Shown: positions 1-10,993 of the stretch, in pieces
Layout: every line of letters begins with the position of its first letter
Numbering within the stretch: the first letter of the stretch is position 1
NCBI GenBank assembly: GCA_050250895.1
Contig: JBFWNU010000009.1
Location: 134,488 to 198,487, forward strand
Length of the DNA: 64,000 bases
Origin: Vulcanimicrobiota bacterium
Lineage (GTDB): Bacteria; Vulcanimicrobiota; Xenobia; Xenobiales; JADMJV01
Direction of reading: 5' to 3'
Made by a program: the position numbers and the translations under genes
Notes under the pieces: generated by a model
Seen by the model: only the letters and a program-made list of their open reading frames with translations
Told to the model about the DNA's origin: nothing
Databases searched by the model: none

Positions 1-868
1 TAGCCACCCGTCCGGGGCACAGCGAAACGTCGGTCGAGGTGCCTCCCATGTCGAGGGTGAGCAACTGAGTGTAGCCGCAGGCCGAGGCCACCGTGAAGGC
101 GCCCCGCACTCCGGCCGCCGGGCCCGAGAGTACGACGGCGTTGGGGGAATGGCTGGCTTCGGCGGCGGTCATCACCGCCCCGGCCGAGTGCACCACCCAG
201 AAACGGCGGCTCCCGCGCCCGGCCAGTTGCTCTTCGAGGCGGCCCAGATAGCCGGCCAGCAAAGGCTGCAGGTAGGCGGCCAGGGCGGTGGTCGAAGCGC
301 GCTCGTATTCGCGATACTCGGGCGAGATATCGCTCGAGAGTAGCGCCGTCAGGCCGCGGCGACGCAGGGCCTGGCCCACCATCTGCTCGTGCTCGGGATA
401 GCCAAAGGAAAACAGCAGACAAACAGCCACCGCCTCGACCCCCAGCTCGCTCAGGCGGTCGGCCACGGCCTCGACCTCGGCCGGTTGCAGGGCGCGCAAG
501 ACCTGGCCTTGAGAGTCGACCCGTTCGTCGAGTTCGAGACAGACTTCGGGCAACGGTGGGCGGCGGCGGGGATGGATCGCGTAAAGCTCGGGCCGGGTGC
601 CGCGCCCGAGCACCAACAGGTCGGCAAAGCCCCGGGTGGTGACCAGGGCGGTGCGCGCCCCCTTGCGCTCGAGCAAAGCGTTCGTGCCCACGGTGGTGCC
701 GTGGGCCATCTCGAACTCGTGGGCCAGCCGCAGTTGGTCGACGGCGGCCAGCACTCCCCGCCCCGGATCGGGGCGGGTGGTGGGCACCTTGAGCACCTTC
801 AGCCGACCGGCTTGATTGACCACCACGTCGGTGAAGGTGCCGCCGGTGTCACAGCCGAGAACGGTCAA
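1..868 (-). CDS. Hydantoinase/oxoprolinase family protein (HyuA/OplA-like), runs off the window edge
   Basis: Not in the ORF track. Manual translation from TTG at 868 (TTGA overlap with the upstream stop) gives MTVLGCDTGGTFTDVV...KVPTT, then LSGPAAG and LDMGGTSTDV, all hallmark motifs of the family. Confidence 0.88.
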   Translation of the reverse strand, partial: MTVLGCDTGGTFTDVVVNQAGRLKVLKVPTTRPDPGRGVLAAVDQLRLAHEFEMAHGTTVGTNALLERKGARTALVTTRGFADLLVLGRGTRPELYAIHPRRRPPLPEVCLELDERVDSQGQVLRALQPAEVEAVADRLSELGVEAVAVCLLFSFGYPEHEQMVGQALRRRGLTALLSSDISPEYREYERASTTALAAYLQPLLAGYLGRLEEQLAGRGSRRFWVVHSAGAVMTAAEASHSPNAVVLSGPAAGVRGAFTVASACGYTQLLTLDMGGTSTDVSLCPGRVA

Positions 869-2265
869 TCCAGCACGAAGGTGGGAACGACTCCTCCGCC
901 GGCCGTGACGTTGCACAGGGCGGTGGCCGAGAGTCTGGTCAACAGGCCCTCGATCTCGCCGTGAAAGACGAACGGATCCAGGTCGACCGAATACTCGCCC
1001 CACTGGATGTTCGAGCCATCCCAGGTGGGATAGTGGTCGCGGGCCACCTCGACCCGGTTCTGGACCAGGTAGAACGATTGCAGAGCGGTCTGGATGGCGT
1101 TGTCCCACTCGCGGTCGTCGAGTTCCCAGCCCACGAAGATGCCCTTGCCGCCGTACTCGTCGTTGGGCTTCATCACCAGCTCGTGGCGGTTCTTGCGAAT
1201 CCAATAGAGCAGCTCGATGTCCTTGCCCTCGAGATCGGTGGTCCGGGTGTCTTCGACCTTACGGGTCCACGGCACGTGAGTATAGACCGCGAAGAGCTGC
1301 TCGGGACTCATGCCATCTTGATATTTGGGGTCGGTAACCAGCGCGAAAATGGCCTTCTTGTGGAGATATTTGGAGCGAAAAGAGTTGACCACGCAGGCCG
1401 TCCCGTCGGCGTAGGCCTCGAAGATCGGCTTGGCCTCTTCGTAGCGCTCGAGAAATTCGTTGATTAGCAAGCGACGGTAGACGAGGTTGATGACCTGCCC
1501 CTGGAAGGACAATTGCCGGTTCTTGTATTCGAGGGTGGTGGGGTCGGCCACCACCGCCTTGTAGCCCCGTTCTTCAAAAAAGTCCTTAAGGATCTCGAAC
1601 TCGTGGCGAGTAGGCAGACCGGCGTAATCGACGATAGCGATGACCGGGTCGTCTTGGCCGCCCCAGCGACGATAGGTGTCGATGAGCGCGGTCAACAGGC
1701 TCTCGCTGGTGTACATCGGCTGGAAAGGATAGTCGCGAGCGAACTGCTGCACGAGTGGCTGATTCAAAAACGACTGCATCATCTGGTCGTTGTAGCCGAT
1801 TCCGGCTGGACACTCTGCGTTGTATTCCACGAAGCGCACCTTGCCACCCAACAGGAAGCTATCCAGGCGACTGGTAACCGACAACTCGGGATAGCCCGGC
1901 TCGGCTGCCGCCAGGCGCCGCTCGGCTTCGGTCAAGCCCAGGAAATCTTGCAGCTCAGGCTCGTCTACGATGCGAGGGGCGAGCACATTCATGGCCCCTA
2001 CCACTCCGCGCACGGCCGAAGCCAACAGGTCGAGTTGCTCCCGGCCGACGAAATTGGGACGCAGAAACGGGCAGAGCGGTCGGTCTCCGAACATGGCGCG
2101 TCGGTTGCGCATGTCCTCCTGGAGGCTTTGGGAGAACTCGGCCAGGTCGTATTTCTCGAGCAGGGTGTTATAGAACGACACGGCTTCGATGCGATGGCCT
2201 TCTCGGGCCGCCGCTCGCAGAGCAGCGTCCACGCCATCGGCTTTGATCTGTTTGAGCAGTGACAT
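865..2265 (-). CDS. Circularly permuted ATP-grasp amidoligase
   Basis: Motifs EYNAECPAG, NSFRSKYLHKK, KPNDEYGGKGI and C-terminal CNVTAGGG. Confidence 0.85.
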   Translation of the reverse strand: MSLLKQIKADGVDAALRAAAREGHRIEAVSFYNTLLEKYDLAEFSQSLQEDMRNRRAMFGDRPLCPFLRPNFVGREQLDLLASAVRGVVGAMNVLAPRIVDEPELQDFLGLTEAERRLAAAEPGYPELSVTSRLDSFLLGGKVRFVEYNAECPAGIGYNDQMMQSFLNQPLVQQFARDYPFQPMYTSESLLTALIDTYRRWGGQDDPVIAIVDYAGLPTRHEFEILKDFFEERGYKAVVADPTTLEYKNRQLSFQGQVINLVYRRLLINEFLERYEEAKPIFEAYADGTACVVNSFRSKYLHKKAIFALVTDPKYQDGMSPEQLFAVYTHVPWTRKVEDTRTTDLEGKDIELLYWIRKNRHELVMKPNDEYGGKGIFVGWELDDREWDNAIQTALQSFYLVQNRVEVARDHYPTWDGSNIQWGEYSVDLDPFVFHGEIEGLLTRLSATALCNVTAGGGVVPTFVLD

Positions 2266-2274
2266 AGTACCGTC

Positions 2275-3213
2275 CTAGCTTTTTGCTTTGGTATTGGAGA
2301 GGTTCTTGCTCCGAGGGGAAGGGGTAGCCTCTTTCGGAGCTTGGGGTTGGCGCTGGAGGCGCTCGATGGCCAGATCGGCCACACTGGCTACCAGATGGAT
2401 AAACAGGTCTTCGGATAAAGCCCACCAATCGAAGGTTGGGCAGGCGTCGAGGTCGATGAGATAGAGGTCGTGCTGATGCACGGCCAGTTCCACGGAGGCC
2501 ATGTCCAGCCCCAGGCTGGCCACCAGTCGACTCGCTCCCTGACGGGCCCTCGAGGCCAGGCGCGAATCGAGTTTTTTCTCGATCTGATAGCGGCGAGCCA
2601 CGGCGTCGTAGGCCACCGGGTAAGTGGCCTTGCCCACACAGAACACCGCCACAGACTGATCCCGGGGAATGGTCTCGGTCAACTCGGCCACGGCCTGGCC
2701 GGTTCGTCCATAGGCCTCCCACAGATCTTTGAGGTTATTGACGCGAGCCGCCGCGGGGCGTTCACCCCGGATGGGTCGCACCAGCGCCGGCAGCCCTACA
2801 TAAGCGAGCATCTCTTCCCAGGGTAGCGGATAGACCAGGTTGCTTAGCGCGGGTCCGTCCAGGCCGGCCGGGTAGTCGCAGGAAGGAAGCAGCACCGAAC
2901 GGGGCACTTTGAGGCCGGCCTGTTGGCCCAGACGCGCCCGCAGGAAGCGGTTGTCCTGCTCGACCCGGAAGGGGTCGTTGATACAGAGGGTCTGGCCTGT
3001 AGCCACGGCAAACTTGAGGTAGTCGCGATAGAAGTTGACCCGGTGTGACATACGGTCAACGATCAGGTCGTAGCCCACCGGCTGATCGGCCCGGACCCCG
3101 CCCACTCGAACGGCCTCGGCCACCACCCCGGCCTTGCGGGCGTTGACCTCTTCGATAAAGGCCGTGGGGAAGGTCTCTTCTTCACCGTGCAGCAATCCGA
3201 TCAGCTTGGCCAT
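2275..3213 (-). CDS. RimK/glutathione-synthase-like ATP-grasp protein, apparently degenerate
   Basis: N-terminal IGLLHGEEETFP, DLIVDRMSH, INDPF and VLLPS..P....L.NL.YPL.W match this ATP-grasp subfamily. Start taken at MAKLIG. Confidence 0.7.
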   Translation of the reverse strand: MAKLIGLLHGEEETFPTAFIEEVNARKAGVVAEAVRVGGVRADQPVGYDLIVDRMSHRVNFYRDYLKFAVATGQTLCINDPFRVEQDNRFLRARLGQQAGLKVPRSVLLPSCDYPAGLDGPALSNLVYPLPWEEMLAYVGLPALVRPIRGERPAAARVNNLKDLWEAYGRTGQAVAELTETIPRDQSVAVFCVGKATYPVAYDAVARRYQIEKKLDSRLASRARQGASRLVASLGLDMASVELAVHQHDLYLIDLDACPTFDWWALSEDLFIHLVASVADLAIERLQRQPQAPKEATPSPRSKNLSNTKAKS

Positions 3214-3406
3214 GGTCGGGCTGCGTTCGCCCTGGGCTGGTTGGGAACCTCTCATCGGCGTTTCAGCAGAGTGTTTACAGTCTCGTTACAGATTTTGCTT
3301 TTTCTTAACACTCGGAGTGTACTCCGGAGTCCTCGAGAGGCATACTCTTGAATCATCCTCGACTCGCCCCTCGAGAGGCGAGCGAAGAAGAACGAAGGAC
3401 CAACCA

Positions 3407-4192
3407 ATGCCAAAAACGCCCCCTGCCGGGACGCGGACTCAACCACCGCGCGTCTCTCGCGCCGCCAAGCCCAAAACACAAAAGCCGGCGGCTGCTCCCA
3501 AACCCTCTGCACCTCAAGATACCAATGGAGTGAAGGCCCCCAAAGCCGACAAACCCAGCACCGGCGGCAAGAGCCTGTTCGGTGGTATCATGGACACGTT
3601 CGGAGGCCTGGGGCGTAAAGCGGCTGGCTCTCTCAAGCCGCTTGACCTCACTGCCGATCAGAAACGGGCCGGCCAGGAGGCGAGTGGGACGCTCGACCGC
3701 CTGGCCGGTCCGGATGGCCAATGGACGGCCGACGATCTGGGCCGCAACTTTGCCCAACTCCAGTTCCCTCGGGGCATCAAAGGCGTGGCCGCCCGCGGCA
3801 TCGCGGCCGGCCGGCTGATGGAAAGTCACGGCCTGGACCGCAATGACAACGAACTGCGCAACAAGATCATGCAGCAAGGTCGCGATCTAGCCGAGGCCAA
3901 TCCCGACATTGCCAAGCTGGCCAAGCTCGAAGGAATGGACACCTCGAAATTTACCGACGAGCAGCGTCAAAAATATGATAGCCTGGTCGATCCCCTGCGC
4001 GAGTCGCTGGGTGAACAGGGCCTGCTGCCCGTCACCCTCGACCAGATGCAGGATTTCGGCGACAGCGCCGACGTGCTCAAAGAAAAGCTCCAAGAGCGTG
4101 GCATCGACCCACCGCCGCCCGGCACACCGGTGGACGCCGGTCAATTCCGCGGGCTCTTTGAAGGCAAACCGCCAATCCAGACCATGTTCTAG
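3407..4192 (+). CDS. Hypothetical protein with Pro/Lys-rich low-complexity N-terminus
   Basis: ORF with AAGGA before ATG 3407, followed by a terminator. Confidence 0.65.
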   Translation: MPKTPPAGTRTQPPRVSRAAKPKTQKPAAAPKPSAPQDTNGVKAPKADKPSTGGKSLFGGIMDTFGGLGRKAAGSLKPLDLTADQKRAGQEASGTLDRLAGPDGQWTADDLGRNFAQLQFPRGIKGVAARGIAAGRLMESHGLDRNDNELRNKIMQQGRDLAEANPDIAKLAKLEGMDTSKFTDEQRQKYDSLVDPLRESLGEQGLLPVTLDQMQDFGDSADVLKEKLQERGIDPPPPGTPVDAGQFRGLFEGKPPIQTMF

Positions 4193-4261
4193 GCAGTCCG
4201 GCGCCGTCTGCCATCGAGCGCCGAATCGCCTTGACTGTGTGCCCCTGTCGTGTCGTGTCCG

Positions 4262-4297
4262 GGCCGGGGCGAGCCTAACCGCTCGCCCCGGCCTTTT
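4262..4297 (+). terminator. Rho-independent terminator
   Basis: GGCCGGGGCGAGC-ctaacc-GCTCGCCCCGGCC followed by TTTT. Confidence 0.85.
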
Positions 4298-4333
4298 CCA
4301 TGGTTTTTAAGACCCGCCCCTTAGGCTAAGAGG

Positions 4334-4816
4334 ATGAGAATCCACGCCTTTCGACCGCCAGTGACCGCCGCCACCCCCCGCAAAGATCCCGTCGAGGAAC
4401 TCCGCGAGGCCATGCGCTATCTCGAGGAGAACCCCGACGCCACCTTTGAAGAAGCTTATCTGGCTCCCTATAACAAGGCTTGCAAAGACAGCACCAAGGT
4501 CGTCGACCAGCCGGTCATGCGTCTCAACGTGGCCCTGATGGGCGGGCTGGCCACCCTGCACCCGCTCTCGGCCTTTGCCTTCGGCACCACCACTGGCCTG
4601 GGCGTGACGGCCCTGGGAGCCCTCGAGGCCATCGAGGGGCGCCGCGACAATAACCCTTTCATGGTCAAAGCCGGCCTCTTCAATGCGGCCATCGGCCTGA
4701 GCCTGGCCGCCACTCCCTTCGTGCCCCCGGCGGCCCGGCTGGTGCCGCTGGGCCTGATGGGCCTGCGCGAACTCTGGATCCGCCAGGCTGCCGACACGGT
4801 GCAACTGCCCAAATGA
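4334..4816 (+). CDS. Hypothetical membrane protein
   Basis: ORF with Gly/Ala-rich hydrophobic segments. ATGA overlap with the next gene. Confidence 0.6.
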   Translation: MRIHAFRPPVTAATPRKDPVEELREAMRYLEENPDATFEEAYLAPYNKACKDSTKVVDQPVMRLNVALMGGLATLHPLSAFAFGTTTGLGVTALGALEAIEGRRDNNPFMVKAGLFNAAIGLSLAATPFVPPAARLVPLGLMGLRELWIRQAADTVQLPK

Positions 4817-5676
4817 TCTCGCCCCTGCGCGTCGAGGTAGAGCAACGAGGCTGGCTGCGTTCGAGCTGGTCCCCGGTGCCTACCGAGCAACTCGACCAGC
4901 TGGTCCACGACGGCTACGCCGGTCGGGTGGCTGTGACGACCGACCATGGCCGAGTCGAGTTCAAGTCGCCCCAAACGGCGGCCCTGCTTTTTGGCGAAGA
5001 GCCTCCGGCCGGCGCCGAGGGCCGGCTGGGCCGGGCCCTGGGCAACCTCGACCGGGCCGGCTGGCGCTTCATGTCGATTCGCAACGACGAGGGCTTCGTG
5101 CAACCGCTGGATGCAGGCCAGGCCTACCAGTATCTGACCGGCAAGCGCAACACCAACCTGCGCTCGGGGGACCGACTGCTGTTACTCAAGCCCGAGCATC
5201 AAGACTTTTCCAACCCAAAGACCTACTTTCATGTGGTCGACCACGAAGAGGTCGGAGCGGTCGACTTCTTTCGGGGCACCGGCGACCCCGAGGTGGTAGC
5301 CCGCCCCGAACTGGCCAGGCAACTCAAGACCCTCGAGGGCTTCGAGGTGGGCATGCGTAGCGCGTCCAAGCGCTATCCGTTTCACCGCGGCGCCCTGCAG
5401 GCCTATCTCGGTTTCTGCCGCGAGAGTGCGGCCGAGTTCTCGTATGGTGGCAACCCCCTCGGCCCCGGCCCCCTTCAGGCCAACCAGCTCGACGAGCTGG
5501 GCGCCCTCGGTCAGCTCGAGCACATGGAGCCGCTAGCTCGTAAAGAGTTCCTCACCAACTTACTGCTGGGGGCCAACCCCAAGCAGGCCCTGGCCAGCCT
5601 GCAACCAGTCGCCCTCGAGCAGTTCGACACCCATCTGGTCATCGACGGCATCTCCATCGACATCAACCAGACCTAG
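4813..5676 (+). CDS. Hypothetical protein with C-terminal beta-hairpin-like tail
   Basis: ORF coupled to the upstream gene. No recognised domain. Confidence 0.65.
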   Translation: MISPLRVEVEQRGWLRSSWSPVPTEQLDQLVHDGYAGRVAVTTDHGRVEFKSPQTAALLFGEEPPAGAEGRLGRALGNLDRAGWRFMSIRNDEGFVQPLDAGQAYQYLTGKRNTNLRSGDRLLLLKPEHQDFSNPKTYFHVVDHEEVGAVDFFRGTGDPEVVARPELARQLKTLEGFEVGMRSASKRYPFHRGALQAYLGFCRESAAEFSYGGNPLGPGPLQANQLDELGALGQLEHMEPLARKEFLTNLLLGANPKQALASLQPVALEQFDTHLVIDGISIDINQT

Positions 5677-7328
5677 CCGGCTTCTACCGAAAAGAGCGAG
5701 ACGTTGGTATGCAGGGTCTTGGCCGTGCCTCCCAGCTGTTGAACCGACAGGTTCGACTGTCTCACGGCGTCGGCCGTTTGCTGGGCCACCTGGCCCAGTT
5801 GACCCATGGCTTCGCTAATCTGCTTCGAGCCGAGCAGCTGGGTCTGCATGCCCTGGTTGACCATGTCGAGCCGAGGCGAGAGGGTCTCTACTTGCTCGAT
5901 GATGGTCGATAACTGCTCGGCCACCTGGCGCACTTCGCCCACTCCGGTCCGCAGCTCTTCCGTGAACTTGTTCATTCCACCCACGGCGCTCGACACCGAC
6001 GACTGAATCTCGAAATTCATCTGCTCGATGTCGAGGGTGGCCAGGGCGGTCTGATCGGCCAAACGGCGAATCTCGACCGCCACTACCCCGAAGCCGCGGC
6101 CGTACTCTCCGGCCTTCTCGGCCTCGATGGCGGCGTTGAGCGAGAGCAGGTTGGTCTGGTCGGCAACCTTGCTGATGGTGGTGGTCATCGTCGTGATGTT
6201 GGCCGCCTTTTCCGAAAGCACGGCCAACTTCGAGGTGATGGTGCCGGCCGCCTCGAGCATGGTGTCCATGCTGGTGCGCATGGCCGCCACCCCTTCGCGG
6301 CTCTGGCTGGCCACCTCGTGGGTCTGGTCAAACACCTGGTCGACCTGGGCGATGGCATCCACCAGTTCCTTGGTCGTGGCCGCGATCTCGCGAGCGCTCG
6401 AGACCACCTCCATGGTGCTGGCCGCCTGCTCTGAGGCCGACGCCTCTTGCTCTTTGGCGGTGGCGGCCAACCGGGTCGAGGCGCTGGCCACCTCGATGCC
6501 CGAGCGCTGAACGGCCAAAATCAGTGCGGCCATGCGATCCAGAGCTTGATTGAGAGAGGCACCCAGGCGACCCATCTCGTCCTGCGAGTCCACCTTCACC
6601 CGGGGGGTAAGGTCGCCGGCGCTGATCTTCTCCAGCACCTCGACGTTGCGGTTGACCCTCTCGCAGATGTTGCGACTGATCACCAGCCCCAGCCCCGAGG
6701 CCAGCACCACGAAGCCCAGGCCCAGCGCGAGCAACCAGCGGGTGCGCTCTTGAATGTGCTGGTCGGATTCCGCCAGCAGGCTGGCGTCGGCGGCCACCCG
6801 CTCGTTAGCCAGCCGCACGATTTCGTCGACGGCCGCGCGGTGCTCGTCATAAATCGGCTTGAGCTTCTCGAGGGCCAGCTTGCGAGCCAGATCCCGGTCG
6901 CCCCGACGCAAGGCGGGGATCACCTCCTGGTCGCGCACCGACAGAAACTCCATGGCCGAACGATAGGAAGTCGTGACCATGGTGTCGCGCAGCAAGCCGG
7001 GCTCGAGGGTCTTCTCCCAATGGGCGTGGCGATCGAGATACTCGACCCGCAACTGCTTGGAGCGCTCTTGCAGGGCCAGAAGCTCGGCCGAGTCGGTCTC
7101 GTTGACCATCTGAAAGACCAGCAGATACGACTCGACTAAATACTCGGGCGGGGGCAAAACGTCGGCCACCACGTCTTTGCCCTCGACGATCCGTTGATAG
7201 AGCGGCCCGTTGACGCGGTAACGCCCCAGCGTCTCCATGGCGATGCTACCGAAGACCAGAAATCCGACTGCGAAGACGGCGATCACCAGGAAAAGCTTCC
7301 AACCCACCGGCAGGTCTCTAAAATTCAT
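5673..7328 (-). CDS. wspA: Methyl-accepting chemotaxis protein (WspA-like)
   Basis: Two TM helices, HAMP (DEMGRL), signalling hairpin [29 protein letters not shown]. Start 7328 or 7343. Confidence 0.9.
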   Translation of the reverse strand: MNFRDLPVGWKLFLVIAVFAVGFLVFGSIAMETLGRYRVNGPLYQRIVEGKDVVADVLPPPEYLVESYLLVFQMVNETDSAELLALQERSKQLRVEYLDRHAHWEKTLEPGLLRDTMVTTSYRSAMEFLSVRDQEVIPALRRGDRDLARKLALEKLKPIYDEHRAAVDEIVRLANERVAADASLLAESDQHIQERTRWLLALGLGFVVLASGLGLVISRNICERVNRNVEVLEKISAGDLTPRVKVDSQDEMGRLGASLNQALDRMAALILAVQRSGIEVASASTRLAATAKEQEASASEQAASTMEVVSSAREIAATTKELVDAIAQVDQVFDQTHEVASQSREGVAAMRTSMDTMLEAAGTITSKLAVLSEKAANITTMTTTISKVADQTNLLSLNAAIEAEKAGEYGRGFGVVAVEIRRLADQTALATLDIEQMNFEIQSSVSSAVGGMNKFTEELRTGVGEVRQVAEQLSTIIEQVETLSPRLDMVNQGMQTQLLGSKQISEAMGQLGQVAQQTADAVRQSNLSVQQLGGTAKTLHTNVSLFSVEAG

Positions 7329-8298
7329 ATTCGCCACTTCCATCCTTTTCCGTAGTGCTGCGGGCAAGCCGGCGCTGCAAAGCCTCCGGAATGGCCCCGA
7401 GCGGCAAGACCTGGCAGGCCGCTCCCAATTCGATAGCTGCCGCCGGCATGCCGAAGATGGCCGAAGTGGCTTCATCCTGGGCGATGGTGTGGCCACCTTG
7501 CTGGCGCAATCGCAGCAGCCCCTGAGCCCCATCCCGGCCCATCCCTGTTAGCAGCACGCCCAGACAGCGGTTCGGCCAGTGCTGGGCCACGCTCTCGAAG
7601 AAGACATCGATGGAAGGACGATGGATGGTGTCGGGCTCGGGCTGATAGGCCAGCGACCCCTCGGGCGTAATCACTAGATGAGCGGGCTGAGCCGCCACCA
7701 GAGCCTGCCCGGCTCGAGGATACTCCCCGCCTTCGGCCACGGCCACCTGTAAAGCGGTTTGGTCGTTGAGCCAAGAGGCCAGACCAGCTGAAAAGCCCGC
7801 ATCGATGTGCTGAACGATTACGATGGCCGCCTCGAATCCGGCCGGGAGTTGGCCCAGTAACTCGGCCAGGGCGGCCGGGCCCCCGGCCGAAGACCCGATG
7901 GCCACCAGGGGGCAGCCGGAGGAACGAGCCGGTGGTTTATCCTCGATTAGCCGGGCCACCGTTTCCAGGCTGGTCAACAACTGAGACTCGGCGCCGGTGG
8001 GGGCCTCGACCGCATCCAGAGCACCCGCGCTCATGGCCTCGAACACGGCCCCTGAAGCCCTCGAGATGGAGGCCGTGGCCACCAAAACAGAGGCCGGAGC
8101 GAGTTGACGCTGTAGTCTCAGGGCGCCTGGAACAGCGACATCGAGAAGGATCAGATCGGCCGGCTCGAACTGGCTCTGGGCCAGAGCCTGCTCACAGTCG
8201 AGAGCCAGCCAGGCGACCTGATGGCGGGTGTGGGCGAGAATGCTCTCGCTGAGGCCGTGGGCCACCGTATAGCTGTGATTGAGAATGCCGATCTTCAA
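7318..8298 (-). CDS. wspF: CheB-type methylesterase with REC domain (WspF-like)
   Basis: [19 protein letters not shown] and LTGMGRDGA motifs. Confidence 0.92.
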   Translation of the reverse strand: MKIGILNHSYTVAHGLSESILAHTRHQVAWLALDCEQALAQSQFEPADLILLDVAVPGALRLQRQLAPASVLVATASISRASGAVFEAMSAGALDAVEAPTGAESQLLTSLETVARLIEDKPPARSSGCPLVAIGSSAGGPAALAELLGQLPAGFEAAIVIVQHIDAGFSAGLASWLNDQTALQVAVAEGGEYPRAGQALVAAQPAHLVITPEGSLAYQPEPDTIHRPSIDVFFESVAQHWPNRCLGVLLTGMGRDGAQGLLRLRQQGGHTIAQDEATSAIFGMPAAAIELGAACQVLPLGAIPEALQRRLARSTTEKDGSGEYEF

Positions 8299-10451
8299 GT
8301 CTCCGGGCCCCCGATCAGGTCGTGGACGGCGCGGATGAAAGCGCCCCGGTCGAAGTCTTCCTTGGCCAGAAAATAGTCGGCGCCCACGTCCAGTCCGAGC
8401 AAGCGGTCCTGGCCTTCTTCCCGCGACGAGACGAGCAGAATGGACAGCCCGGCCAGGGTCGGCTCGCGCCGCACCTTCGTGACCAGCTCGAGTCCGCCCA
8501 GGCGAGGCATCTGGACATCACAGACCAGCAGGTCGAAGACTCCCGAGCAAAGAGCCGTCCAGCCTTCGATGCCGTCACAGGCCACTTCGACCTCGTAGCC
8601 CTCGGCTTCGAGCAGCTTGCGCTCGGTCTGACGGCTCAGCAGCGAGTCATCCACCACCATCACCCGCTTGTGGGTCGAGACGGGCCAGTCTCGGACCGGG
8701 CCGCACTGGAACTCGTCGAGCCTGGCCACCAGCTCCTCGACGTTGAGAATCAGCACCGGGTTGCCATCGTCTAGAATGGCGCCGGCAGTAACGCAGGGAA
8801 AGCTGTCGAGCAACCGATCCAGGGGTTGGAGCACCAGCTCTTGCTGACCCACCAAACGGTCGACCACCAAGCCCACCCGCCTGGGGATGTGGCCGAGCAC
8901 CAGCACCTCGAGTTCGCTGCCCAGCACGCTCGAGCCCCACCCCAGCAACTGGCTGGCCATGGCCAGCGGTAGCATCCCGCCGCTCCAGGGCACGTGGGGC
9001 AGGCCTTGCAGCTCGACCAGGTCACGGCGCTCGAGCCGGAACAACCGCTCGATGCGGCTCAGGGGCAGGGCGAACGGCTCGCCGGCCACTTCGACGATGA
9101 GACATCGAGTCACTGAAAGAGTGAGGGGCAAAAACAGGTGGGTGCGCATGCCTTGCCCTGGCGTGGTGCTCAGCCTGACCCGGCCCCCCAGCTCGTCCAC
9201 CACACTGCGCACGACATCAAGCCCAACCCCCCGCCCCGAGTACTGGTCCGCCTGCTGGCGAGTGGTGAACTTGGGCACGAAGAGAAACTCCAGCAGGTCT
9301 TCGTCACTGAGGCGCTCGGCCGCCTCGGCAGCCACCAATCCCTGGTCTACCAGCCTCGGGCGCAACTGATCGAGGTCGAGGCCGCGTCCATCATCCTCGA
9401 TCTCGATGACCAGCCGGCCGGCCCGATGGGCAGCCCTCAGCACCAGGCGTCCAGAGCCGGGCTTGCCGACCCGCTGGCGGTCCTGGGGCGACTCGATGCC
9501 ATGGTCGACCGAGTTGACCAGCATGTGGTTGAGGGGAGCCTCGATGCGCTCGAGGATATCGCGGTCAACCGGTGTCTCTAGTCCCTCGATAGTGAAGTCT
9601 ACCTGCTTGCCCAGATTGCGGGCCACATCTCGCAGCATGCGGCTAAAGTCGGACACGCCCTCGGAAAAGGGGCACATGCGCGAGCCCATGACCTCCTGGC
9701 GCAAGCGACTCGACAGGTCGAACATGCGTCGGTCATAATTCTCGAGGTCGTGGATGCCGTGGCTGGTCAATCCGTTACAAACTCTGACCAGCCGGTCCAC
9801 GCTTTCGAGGGCCGTGGCCAGCAGCGGCTCGGCCCCCTCCAGCCGAGCACCCAACTCGTGGGTGGCGCTGGTCAACTGAGCCATCTGGCGTTTGAGGGTC
9901 AACATGGTGGAACGAAAGCCGGTCAACCAACCACGCGAGACATGCACTTCGCTGGACAGGCCGATGAGCGCATCCAGCCGCTCGGCCGAGACCCTCAGGC
10001 TGCGGTCACCAACAGCTTTGCGGGGGCCGGGGACCAGTCCGGCCGAGGCCCCGGTCGAGGCCACCGCCGGGGTCTCGGCGACTTCCATCGTGGCCAGAGC
10101 CCTGAGCCTGTCGACCAGGGGCCCGGACTCGACCGGCTGGTCGGCCAGGGCCAGGGCTTTGATGGCGTCTAGCCCCTCGAGCATGGTATCGATGTGGTGG
10201 CTGGCCAGGGCCGTCAGACGGCCCGGCCCTCGCATCAAGACCTCCTCGAGAGCATGGGCCAGCTCGGCGATGGCCTGGATCTCCATCAGGCGCGCTCCGG
10301 CTTTGATCGAGTGGGTGGCCCGCAGCATCGGCTCGAGCGACTCATCGGTCAGACCCGATTTCTCGAGGGCCAACAAGCCTTCGGTCAACACTCCGAGATG
10401 AAAGCGCACCTCGTCTTGAAAAAGTTGGAGTAGTTCGGGGTCGTGACTCAA
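8295..10451 (-). CDS. wspE: Hybrid CheA kinase, Hpt-HATPase-CheW-REC (WspE-like)
   Basis: HSIK Hpt, NSVDHGIE, DDGRG, SGRGVGLDVV and C-terminal REC DVQMP. Confidence 0.92.
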   Translation of the reverse strand: MSHDPELLQLFQDEVRFHLGVLTEGLLALEKSGLTDESLEPMLRATHSIKAGARLMEIQAIAELAHALEEVLMRGPGRLTALASHHIDTMLEGLDAIKALALADQPVESGPLVDRLRALATMEVAETPAVASTGASAGLVPGPRKAVGDRSLRVSAERLDALIGLSSEVHVSRGWLTGFRSTMLTLKRQMAQLTSATHELGARLEGAEPLLATALESVDRLVRVCNGLTSHGIHDLENYDRRMFDLSSRLRQEVMGSRMCPFSEGVSDFSRMLRDVARNLGKQVDFTIEGLETPVDRDILERIEAPLNHMLVNSVDHGIESPQDRQRVGKPGSGRLVLRAAHRAGRLVIEIEDDGRGLDLDQLRPRLVDQGLVAAEAAERLSDEDLLEFLFVPKFTTRQQADQYSGRGVGLDVVRSVVDELGGRVRLSTTPGQGMRTHLFLPLTLSVTRCLIVEVAGEPFALPLSRIERLFRLERRDLVELQGLPHVPWSGGMLPLAMASQLLGWGSSVLGSELEVLVLGHIPRRVGLVVDRLVGQQELVLQPLDRLLDSFPCVTAGAILDDGNPVLILNVEELVARLDEFQCGPVRDWPVSTHKRVMVVDDSLLSRQTERKLLEAEGYEVEVACDGIEGWTALCSGVFDLLVCDVQMPRLGGLELVTKVRREPTLAGLSILLVSSREEGQDRLLGLDVGADYFLAKEDFDRGAFIRAVHDLIGGPET

Positions 10452-10993
10452 CCGGTCACCCCCCCGGCCAGCCCCTCCAGCAGGCTTTCGTGGTCGAGCA
10501 GCGCCGTGATTCTACCTTCGTGCTCGAAGGTTCCCAGGATGAAGCTCAGCATTGGGGTGCTGCCCGCGCCCTCGGCGCTGAGTTCATCCTGGCTCAGGTC
10601 GTGCAGGCCCACGATTCGGGTCACGCCAAAGGCATAGCGCCGCTGCTGCTGGCGCAGCACCAGCAGGCGTTCGGGCGGGCCGCCGGCCTCGATGCCCAGC
10701 AGATGCTCGAGGCAAACGCAAAGCTCGAGCCGGCCTTGAAGGTTGATAACCCCCTGCAACAGCCCGCCACTGCGGTGGGGCAAGCGGCGCACCGGGCGCA
10801 GTTCGACCACCCCCTCGAGGACCCGGCAGGGCAGCGCGAGTTGCTCGTTTCCCAGCCCGAACATCAACACAATCGAGTGACGTCGCTCCAACTGGCGGGC
10901 GGGTTTGGCCAGCAGCTCGCTCCAGGCCTCGAGGTACCCCTGCGGGGGTGGCCGGTCGAGCAAGTGCTCGCCTTGCAAGTTGGGCTGGCTCAC
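10448..10993 (-). CDS. wspD: CheW-like adaptor (WspD-like)
   Basis: LPHR...LQGVINLQG CheW signature and operon position. Confidence 0.85.
   Translation of the reverse strand: MSQPNLQGEHLLDRPPPQGYLEAWSELLAKPARQLERRHSIVLMFGLGNEQLALPCRVLEGVVELRPVRRLPHRSGGLLQGVINLQGRLELCVCLEHLLGIEAGGPPERLLVLRQQQRRYAFGVTRIVGLHDLSQDELSAEGAGSTPMLSFILGTFEHEGRITALLDHESLLEGLAGGVTG

Noticed and set aside
149-964. Plus-strand ORFs at the window start
   Set aside because: They are antisense shadows of the minus-strand hydantoinase/oxoprolinase gene.
7329-7532. Long N-terminal extensions given by the ORF track (MCP; similarly 12294, 18516, 49964, 62538)
   Set aside because: They overlap neighbouring genes or lack domain-like sequence. 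Downstream starts with an RBS or stop-start coupling fit better.
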